Positions 1 through 6,293 of a stretch of 38,248 bases of DNA are shown here, one piece after another. Position numbers and translations under genes: made by a program. Origin of the DNA: a virus (lineage: Duplodnaviria > Heunggongvirae > Uroviricota > Caudoviricetes). The first letter of the stretch is position 1. Each line of letters starts with the position of its first letter. The notes under the pieces were generated by a model. That model was not told the DNA's origin and did no database searches. It was given only the letters and a program-made list of their open reading frames with translations. The stretch lies in IMG/VR virus record IMGVR_UViG_2617270960_000007; one strand, given 5' to 3'.

Positions 1-1002
1 TTACCCTCTATTGTCAAAAGGGTTCAATTCAACAGCAGCCTCTAAATGACCTGGAGCAAAATGCGCATAACGCATAGTCATTTTTATATCGCTATGCCCC
101 AGTATTTTTTGCAACACAAGAATATTTCCGCCCCGCATCATAAAATGACTGGCAAACGTGTGACGTAGCACATGAGTTAATTGCCCATCAGGAAGCTCGA
201 TCTTCGCTCTCTTAATTGCAGCGTCAAAAGCCTCATAACATGGTGAAAATAGCGCTCCTCGTTTTTTAGGAAGCATAGCTTGCAATTGAGGTGAAATCGG
301 TACAGTGCGGTTCTTCTTTCCTTTAGTTTTAACAAATGTGATTCGACCGGGCAGTACTTGAGATTGCTTTAATCCTTCTGCTTCACTCCACCGAGCACCA
401 GTCGCAAGCCCAATACGGACAACAACCCCCAAATCTTTATTCCGTGACTCATCACACGCAATCAGAAGGCGTTCAATCTCATCTACATACAGAAACGCCA
501 GTTCCTTTTCTTCCTCACGAAACTTGCGAATACCAGTCAGGGGGTTTTCACCAGACCACTCTCCAAGGCGCTTCAGTTCGGCAAAAACAGCATGTAGATA
601 TGACTGCTCGCGATTAACGGTTGCTTCACTAAGTTTTTTCTTCCCCTTGGGATTCCATTCTCCTGATAGCCTTCTTTCCCGATAAGTAGCAAACATATTT
701 TTGTCAAACTGAGAAGCAAATGGATCTCCCAGCCTGGAACAAATCGCCTCAAGTTTGACTTTGCGCTCTGCACCAGAGGACAAGGTTTTACCGTACATCT
801 CAAACCAACGAGCAATCAACTCAGAAAGACGAGGACCAGAACCATCTTGAAACTCGTCTCCAACTCTACTATTCATTAAACGGCGCTCATAAGAGAGCGC
901 CTCACTTTTTGTCGCAAACTGTTTACGAATGCGTTTTCCCGATGCCCCGTAGGGATAACATTCGCAAAGCCATTTACCTGATGGAATCTTACGAACCGAC
1001 AT
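1..1002 (-). CDS. int: Phage tyrosine integrase (P2 Int family)
   Basis: 333-aa ORF ending ...HVLRHTFASHFMMRGGNILVLQKILGHSDIKMTMRYAHF, the R-H-R-Y catalytic signature region of tyrosine recombinases; first gene of a P2-like prophage layout; stop codon at window pos 1-3. Confidence 0.9.
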   Translation of the reverse strand: MSVRKIPSGKWLCECYPYGASGKRIRKQFATKSEALSYERRLMNSRVGDEFQDGSGPRLSELIARWFEMYGKTLSSGAERKVKLEAICSRLGDPFASQFDKNMFATYRERRLSGEWNPKGKKKLSEATVNREQSYLHAVFAELKRLGEWSGENPLTGIRKFREEEKELAFLYVDEIERLLIACDESRNKDLGVVVRIGLATGARWSEAEGLKQSQVLPGRITFVKTKGKKNRTVPISPQLQAMLPKKRGALFSPCYEAFDAAIKRAKIELPDGQLTHVLRHTFASHFMMRGGNILVLQKILGHSDIKMTMRYAHFAPGHLEAAVELNPFDNRG

Positions 1003-1007
1003 TTTAG

Positions 1008-1355
1008 TTACTTATCACATAAATCAAATGCAGCCTTAGTGACATCCCCCAGACTCTTTTTTAACCCTGGGGCGGCATCATTATCTAGCCAAAATGGATT
1101 ATTGTTATCTAACGGTAACGCACCAAATGTTTTACCTTTTATTCGAGCCAAACCTGTAAGTGCATATAACTTATTATCGTCAAAATTCATCACATAAGGA
1201 TTACCATCAAGACACTGTAATTGAACCTCATCAGTATTAAATGGCCATACCCCATTGAAACTCTCACGTTCAATAGTTTTAAAAGGCATTGCGACGGCGG
1301 AAAAAGAAAACATAGATAAAAAAGTAACTAATAGTTGAACCTTTTTTACTTTCAT
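1008..1355 (-). CDS. Secreted periplasmic protein, YebY-like (DUF2511-type), prophage cargo
   Basis: 115 aa with N-terminal signal peptide (MKVKKVQLLVTFLSMFSFSAVA), two Cys (near N-domain and at C-terminus); motif WPFNTDEVQLQC resembles E. coli YebY from memory; GGAGG-like SD upstream; AT-rich. Confidence 0.6.
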   Translation of the reverse strand: MKVKKVQLLVTFLSMFSFSAVAMPFKTIERESFNGVWPFNTDEVQLQCLDGNPYVMNFDDNKLYALTGLARIKGKTFGALPLDNNNPFWLDNDAAPGLKKSLGDVTKAAFDLCDK

Positions 1356-1384
1356 ATCATTACCTCAATTTAGCTCAAGTAAGA

Positions 1385-2035
1385 TTACAAATTAAAAAAC
1401 GCCCTAGAAATGACACCGCCTACCAAACCCCCTACGCAGATAAAGAATATTATTTCTTTTGGATAAAGTCGGATTAATTCTGAAGCACGAAGTCGGACTT
1501 CTGGTAAGGTCGAACTCTCTGTGTGGCTTGATGCCGATTGTTGCTCTAACCACGACAATGCAGACTGTAACTGAGAACGAGTAAGATCGTTTAAACGTCC
1601 TGTACCGAAATTGATATGGCAATACCGCAGAAGTTTTTGTCGAAGTCCACAGTCTTCACTGTTACGTAGTAATAAACTTACAAGAGCCTTACAGGCATCA
1701 TGATCTTTACATCGCTCAAGCATTGCATGCAGAAAACTCTCCGCTGTTTTATATTGATTTACTGTCATATCATCAATACCAGCTACACCAATCTCCGCAT
1801 GTACTTTTTGCCAAATAATAAACGCTTCAGTATTGCTAGCTTCTGCAATAGCAGCAACCAAGCTATTTAGCTCCTTACGCTGAGCCTTAAGCAAAGGGCG
1901 ATCGTCATCATCATTATTCGAAGGGATTGCGATATTGACGGTATGAGAACCATCATATCGCTCTATCTGAATATTCTTTTCGTGAAAATCACGCCCAGCA
2001 ACGCGATTGTTTGAACCGTTTGAGTTGACGGCCAT
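1385..2035 (-). CDS. Hypothetical protein with C-terminal transmembrane anchor, co-transcribed with repressor
   Basis: 216-aa ORF with strong SD (GGGAGG) 6 nt upstream of ATG; C-terminal hydrophobic helix IIFFICVGGLVGGVI; N-terminus carries motif NNRVAGRDF that repeats the C-terminal motif of the upstream repressor; AT-rich. Confidence 0.6.
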   Translation of the reverse strand: MAVNSNGSNNRVAGRDFHEKNIQIERYDGSHTVNIAIPSNNDDDDRPLLKAQRKELNSLVAAIAEASNTEAFIIWQKVHAEIGVAGIDDMTVNQYKTAESFLHAMLERCKDHDACKALVSLLLRNSEDCGLRQKLLRYCHINFGTGRLNDLTRSQLQSALSWLEQQSASSHTESSTLPEVRLRASELIRLYPKEIIFFICVGGLVGGVISRAFFNL

Positions 2036-2050
2036 GTCACCTCCCTACTA

Positions 2051-2455
2051 TCACCTACCCTTAGTTTCGTTATAGTCACGACCAGCGATACGGTTATTAC
2101 CACCAGAAATATTTAACTCACGTCCTGATGGCTGAGTTTCCTTTTCACTGATCGCACCTTTTAAAGCCCCAATCACCGCGTTTTTCACATCTAACGAAGC
2201 TGCTCGAAAGCGAGTAATCAATTCCTGCTCATCATCGTTATAAGTTTCAGGTGAGTGAATTCCCAACACAACATACTGAACATCAAGGCCAAAACGAGAC
2301 AGCGCTGCCAAATACGCAGCATCAGGAAAGCTATCTCCTTTCTCATATCTAAGCTGAGTTAGCTTTTTGACTCCACCAATGTCGCTCATGGCAACTTGAC
2401 TAAGTCCCAATCTTTCCCTTTCCTCACGCAACCGCTGACCAATATCATTTTTCAT
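2051..2455 (-). CDS. HTH (XRE/Cro-C1 type) immunity repressor
   Basis: HTH segment IGQRLREERERLGLSQVAMSDIGGVKKLTQLRYEKG; position and orientation match P2 C / 186 cI (transcribed toward int). Start at Met codon 2453-2455 preferred (MKNDIG...); the ORF could extend to 2530. Confidence 0.7.
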   Translation of the reverse strand: MKNDIGQRLREERERLGLSQVAMSDIGGVKKLTQLRYEKGDSFPDAAYLAALSRFGLDVQYVVLGIHSPETYNDDEQELITRFRAASLDVKNAVIGALKGAISEKETQPSGRELNISGGNNRIAGRDYNETKGR

Positions 2456-2465
2456 ACAAAAAACC

Positions 2466-2494
2466 TTGACAGGTATCTTTTTTGATACCAAAAT
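2466..2494 (+). promoter_or_regulatory. Immunity switch region: candidate -35 TTGACA, perfect palindrome GGTATC-N6-GATACC (operator-like), weak -10
   Basis: TTGACA at 2466-2471 immediately followed by inverted repeat ggtatcttttttgatacc (2472-2489) between divergent repressor and early operon. Confidence 0.4.
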
Positions 2495-2531
2495 GATTTC
2501 ACGAGCTATTAGATGATCACAATATACCACT

Positions 2532-2738
2532 ATGAAACAAGTTCTTCACGATACCAGATCACGCATTCCGCGTAACACCGCCACAGGTCCAAGACTGGCA
2601 CTTCGGCTGTCCCTCGAGGAGCGAGCCGTCATTGATGAAATGGCAGCTAAAGAACAACGCTCATCCTCTAACATGGCGCGCATGATCTTCCTTCGCGGCC
2701 TAGAGCTAACCCAGAAAGAACAAAACAAATCTTCCTGA
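2532..2738 (+). CDS. Small early regulatory protein (Cro/RHH-like), first gene of rightward early operon
   Basis: 68-aa basic protein divergent from repressor; sequence LSLEERAVIDEMAAKEQRSSSNMARMIFLRGLE suggests a small DNA-binding fold; position only. Confidence 0.45.
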   Translation: MKQVLHDTRSRIPRNTATGPRLALRLSLEERAVIDEMAAKEQRSSSNMARMIFLRGLELTQKEQNKSS

Positions 2739-2754
2739 TCAGGAGGCTAGTGGG

Positions 2755-2958
2755 ATGTCAGGTATAACCATCAATATCAATGTGAATGCCCCCTATGTAT
2801 CCCTGCAGAAATATGCAGAGATAACAGGTATCCCTCTTAATACATGCAAAAAGATGTTGGCTGACGGTCGAATTATTATCCGCCCCAAACGCGCCAAAAT
2901 GGAAAAGCCTGAAGTAAACCTTGTGGCGATGTTAAAAGACGCTTTGGCTAACAGCTAA
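2755..2958 (+). CDS. cox: Cox/excisionase-like HTH protein
   Basis: 67 aa; segment YVSLQKYAEITGIPLNTCKKMLADGRIII resembles the HTH region of P2 Cox as recalled; SD GGAGG upstream. Confidence 0.5.
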   Translation: MSGITININVNAPYVSLQKYAEITGIPLNTCKKMLADGRIIIRPKRAKMEKPEVNLVAMLKDALANS

Positions 2959-2979
2959 AACAATGAACAGAGCACCATC

Positions 2980-3330
2980 ATGAAAAAAAACGCTAATAAT
3001 CCATACTCCAAATTTCGTAATGGCGTAGAACGCCATGTACACCACGTCGCTACCAGTGCATCACGTAGTAACATTCGCTATAACCTGAACGAGACGCACG
3101 CAACACCGGATGGCCACGCTGTAAAACAAATCGGCGAACATGCCTGGCTGATTGAGAAAGCTGGAATCGTGGTCCACAAATGCCCACGCAATCCGTTTAC
3201 CGGAAACCGCATTTTTGCATTGAACTGCGGCGACAATCACTTCGGGCAGGATTTCACATTATACGAAGCACTTCGCACGGTTGATCGTCTGCTTCGCGGG
3301 CAAAGTTTTATTAAACAGGCTGATTTTTAA
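2980..3330 (+). CDS. Hypothetical early-region protein
   Basis: 116-aa ORF in rightward early operon; no recognisable motif. Confidence 0.5.
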   Translation: MKKNANNPYSKFRNGVERHVHHVATSASRSNIRYNLNETHATPDGHAVKQIGEHAWLIEKAGIVVHKCPRNPFTGNRIFALNCGDNHFGQDFTLYEALRTVDRLLRGQSFIKQADF

Positions 3331-3340
3331 CAGGTGCTTT

Positions 3341-3619
3341 ATGACCAAAGAGCATGCACAAGGTGTATTTATCCGTTTTATTGATTTTCGCGGTGAACTG
3401 TTATTACGCGCATCAGCCATTGACGGAGTTGTTCCATCCGAAAAAAACGCAGCTACTTACGTTTATCTGAACGGTACGCGCCTGACTGTGGAGCTTCCGT
3501 ACCAGACCGTACGAGAAATCATTAGCGAAGCTGAAAAGGCACGTCAGGTTAATGGCGATGAACCCTATATCGAAATTATTTGTATGGATTCAGAAGCTGA
3601 AATTCAGAAAGCAGATTAA
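3341..3619 (+). CDS. Hypothetical early-region protein
   Basis: ATG at 3341 (MTKEHAQGVF...) after stop of previous ORF; 92 aa; the longer track ORF from 3281 overlaps the previous gene. Confidence 0.5.
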   Translation: MTKEHAQGVFIRFIDFRGELLLRASAIDGVVPSEKNAATYVYLNGTRLTVELPYQTVREIISEAEKARQVNGDEPYIEIICMDSEAEIQKAD

Positions 3620-3630
3620 AGGGCGTTGCG

Positions 3631-3873
3631 ATGGGCAAAGAATATAAAACTCTCATTAACAAAGCACTTGAACGATTTTATTTTCGCTTAAGTGCATCAG
3701 GCGCTCATGCTGAACATGCAGCCCGTGACTCATTGACCAGGGCAATCCGGAGTTTGTATGACGTTGCTTTTTACGCTGATGATCTGGATGCACTTAACGA
3801 ACTTTCCGAGCTGATCTGTGCCGCAGAATGCGGGGAACACATTGAATCATATAAGCTGGGGAATATCGCATGA
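3631..3873 (+). CDS. Hypothetical early-region protein
   Basis: 80-aa ORF with GGGCG...ATG spacing; packed in operon. Confidence 0.5.
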   Translation: MGKEYKTLINKALERFYFRLSASGAHAEHAARDSLTRAIRSLYDVAFYADDLDALNELSELICAAECGEHIESYKLGNIA

Positions 3874-3983
3874 GTATATTTATCTCATGGCTTGTTCTGA
3901 TTATTTCGGTGGCCTGCGCCATTGGGATTATGCGAATTATTCATTCAGTAAAAAAGATTGAACGCTTTTTCACTGACAAATAA
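3870..3983 (+). CDS. Small hydrophobic protein (37 aa), translationally coupled
   Basis: ATGA overlap with upstream stop; MSIFISWLVLIISVACAIGIMRIIHSVKKIERFFTDK has a single predicted TM helix; below the ORF-track length cutoff. Confidence 0.3.
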   Translation: MSIFISWLVLIISVACAIGIMRIIHSVKKIERFFTDK

Positions 3984-4075
3984 CAGCTTAAACAAAACAC
4001 CAGATTAAACCCGAAAACCTGAAAACTATCCGCATTCGCGGAGGTATTCGCACACGTAAATAACGAAGATATAAA

Positions 4076-4492
4076 ATGAACGCAAAAGAAAAAAACATTA
4101 TCAATACATTAAAAATAGTGTCAGCAGAGCAAGACAAGCTGTCCAGGGCAGCCCAGAAAGATAATCAACATATGGCAGCGCTTTACGCACTGACCATCGC
4201 AATAGCCACCTCTGAAGCAGCCAAAGTTATTGAGGAACAGAGCAAAGAAATCGACACTCTTAAAACACAGTCAACAGTTGCAGCCATGAATCCGTCCAGC
4301 ATTGGACGCTGCATTTATATTCTTGGTTCAGCAATGATGCTGCAATACACCATTATTGCCGAACTGCACGGCAAATACCTGATAACGCCTTACCACACAA
4401 AAGAGTCAGAGCTTCTGACAAATCTCCGCCTGATAGAACGCTCTCAAGCTGTATTCATTGATGACGCGCAACGTGCCGTATTTAACGCATAG
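4076..4492 (+). CDS. Hypothetical protein, AT-rich
   Basis: 138-aa ORF; lower G+C than neighbours by eye; no recognised domain. Confidence 0.5.
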   Translation: MNAKEKNIINTLKIVSAEQDKLSRAAQKDNQHMAALYALTIAIATSEAAKVIEEQSKEIDTLKTQSTVAAMNPSSIGRCIYILGSAMMLQYTIIAELHGKYLITPYHTKESELLTNLRLIERSQAVFIDDAQRAVFNA

Positions 4493-4515
4493 GGTTACTG
4501 GACAAAGGGGGCGCA

Positions 4516-4719
4516 ATGGCAATTAAGCATTTTCCCGTCGTTCGCTTTACCTCCAGAGGGCGCGAATACGAGGTCGACGAACGCCTGATTACCACTATCG
4601 ACAAACATCGTTCGGAAAAGGATGCACACCACATCTACCTCACTGACGGCACTTACTTCTGCGCCACCAACGTGGCGCGAGTAAATCTTATCCGACAGGT
4701 ACAGGAGCCACGCAGATGA
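4516..4719 (+). CDS. Hypothetical early-region protein
   Basis: 67-aa ORF with SD-like GGGGG upstream. Confidence 0.45.
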   Translation: MAIKHFPVVRFTSRGREYEVDERLITTIDKHRSEKDAHHIYLTDGTYFCATNVARVNLIRQVQEPRR

Positions 4720-4982
4720 CCATTCTGGACTACATCGCTACTCATCCGGGGTGTAGCGGCGGAGAGATCGCCGCAGCACTGAATACCCCAACCACAGCCA
4801 TTAATGCTGAGTTACGCCGACTTTGGCGCGGCGGCTTAGTCATCAGAACAAACCGCAGCACAGGTGGTCGCGCTCGCAAAACAGGAGGCCAGGCTTCTTA
4901 CCACGTAAACCCGATGCCGTTCGGGTGTAGCAATCCACTTACCAACATGTTTAACCAGCTACTGAAGGAAGCCAGAGCATGA
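4716..4982 (+). CDS. Putative winged-helix DNA-binding protein
   Basis: 88 aa; ATGA overlap with upstream gene; segment GGEIAAALNTPTTAINAELRRLWRGGLVIR resembles a wHTH recognition helix. Confidence 0.5.
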   Translation: MTILDYIATHPGCSGGEIAAALNTPTTAINAELRRLWRGGLVIRTNRSTGGRARKTGGQASYHVNPMPFGCSNPLTNMFNQLLKEARA

Positions 4983-5278
4983 GCACCATCAACCACCAGA
5001 AGCTACGCGAACTGGCATTTGCCCTGCAACGAATGGCAACGCCTCAAAAATTACTGGCATTTCGCGCAATGCTCTCGCCGTCTGCTGTGCTGGCACTGCT
5101 GGATCAGCTGGAGCACGCCAGAACCACGGCTCCTGCCATTCGCCTCACGCTCCATCATGAAATCGCTGATTTCTGCGCAACGCTGGGGGCACCTGGCGAA
5201 CCGGAAACGCCGGAAGCAATGCAGCAAGAGCTGCTGCAACGCATCGATAACGTTTTTGATTTTTTTCTGAACCAGTAA
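4979..5278 (+). CDS. Hypothetical early-region protein
   Basis: 99-aa ORF overlapping upstream stop (ATGA). Confidence 0.5.
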   Translation: MSTINHQKLRELAFALQRMATPQKLLAFRAMLSPSAVLALLDQLEHARTTAPAIRLTLHHEIADFCATLGAPGEPETPEAMQQELLQRIDNVFDFFLNQ

Positions 5279-5400
5279 GAAACCAGAACATGCACACACA
5301 AAAAAACCGCTTGCCATGCCGCAATCGGTCAGGTTACATTTCCGCTGCACCTCATAAAACGGGTGCCGGGATTCTCAACCCGATACAGAGCAAAGCGCAT

Positions 5401-5421
5401 AACCGCGCAAGCGGTTTTTTT
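5401..5421 (+). terminator. Rho-independent terminator-like hairpin (GCAA tetraloop) with T7 run
   Basis: aaccgc-gcaa-gcggtt followed by ttttttt; its 14-nt arm is the exact reverse complement of aaaaaaccgcttgc at 5301-5314. Confidence 0.4.
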
Positions 5422-5600
5422 GTGCGTACTGTATTGCCACGTCTTTTTCGCGTCAGAATTATGGCGGGGCGTACGGGGCCGACTTCGGTCGGGCCGGATT
5501 CTTTGCTCTCCGGTGTTGAGAACCCTGTACGTCTCGCCACCCCGAGATTCTCAACTCTGGATGGTGAGTTATTTCTATCACCGAGCAAAGAGGCCACACC

Positions 5601-5831
5601 ATGGCAGACCGCAAACAGCACCGCGCTATCGCGGAGCGTCGTCACATCCAGACTGAAATCAACCGCAGACTTTCCCGCGCATCACGCGTCGCGCAAATCA
5701 TGCACATCAATATGCTGCATGAGCGCAGCCACGCACTATCAAACATTTATTCCGCCTCTGTTTTCAGCTATCTGGCGGATGATCTGCACGAGCTTCAACA
5801 GCTCATCCAGCAGCAAAACAAACTCCATTAA
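5601..5831 (+). CDS. Hypothetical early-region protein
   Basis: 76-aa ORF after a 320-bp structured intergenic region; SD-like AAGAGG upstream. Confidence 0.45.
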   Translation: MADRKQHRAIAERRHIQTEINRRLSRASRVAQIMHINMLHERSHALSNIYSASVFSYLADDLHELQQLIQQQNKLH

Positions 5832-5903
5832 TTCCTGTTCCGGGCCTTTCCTGCACCTTGCGGCGGGAGGCCTTCGCACATCTGTAGTAAAGAGAATTGC
5901 AGC

Positions 5904-6293
5904 ATGATTGACGCTCATGACTTCACAAGATGGGTGCGCACACAGGACACCCGTCTGGCTCCCGTTCTTCAGGGGTTATTTGATCTCTACATCCGTGGTC
6001 GTGACAACAGAGCACGCACCACAAAACCGGAGAATGCAGACACCCTTTATTTCACAGTAGACGACTGCTACCGCGTGGATTTCACACCACACGGACTGGC
6101 GTTGCACTGCCTGACACCGCACGGCGAATCACTGCTGGCGTATTACGACTCCCCGGCCTCCGTGTTTGCAGCAATGCTGGCGCATCGCACTGCTGGCGGG
6201 TGTGCCTCGCTGAGTGAATACACCGCTGAATTTAACCGCCTTTCCGCCCTCTTCTCGCAGGAGTGGCAGCGCGTGACGGGATACCAGCCATGA
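5904..6293 (+). CDS. Hypothetical protein preceding replication gene A
   Basis: 129-aa ORF; stop overlaps A start (ATGA). Confidence 0.5.
   Translation: MIDAHDFTRWVRTQDTRLAPVLQGLFDLYIRGRDNRARTTKPENADTLYFTVDDCYRVDFTPHGLALHCLTPHGESLLAYYDSPASVFAAMLAHRTAGGCASLSEYTAEFNRLSALFSQEWQRVTGYQP

Noticed and set aside
1404-1622. 72-aa minus-strand ORF in an alternate frame within the 216-aa gene
   Set aside because: Fully nested in a gene that has a strong SD and a coherent protein sequence.
5290-5907. 205-aa plus-strand ORF spanning the structured intergenic region and overlapping the 76-aa ORF
   Set aside because: Runs through terminator-like hairpins and overlaps a better-supported ORF in another frame; composition non-protein-like.
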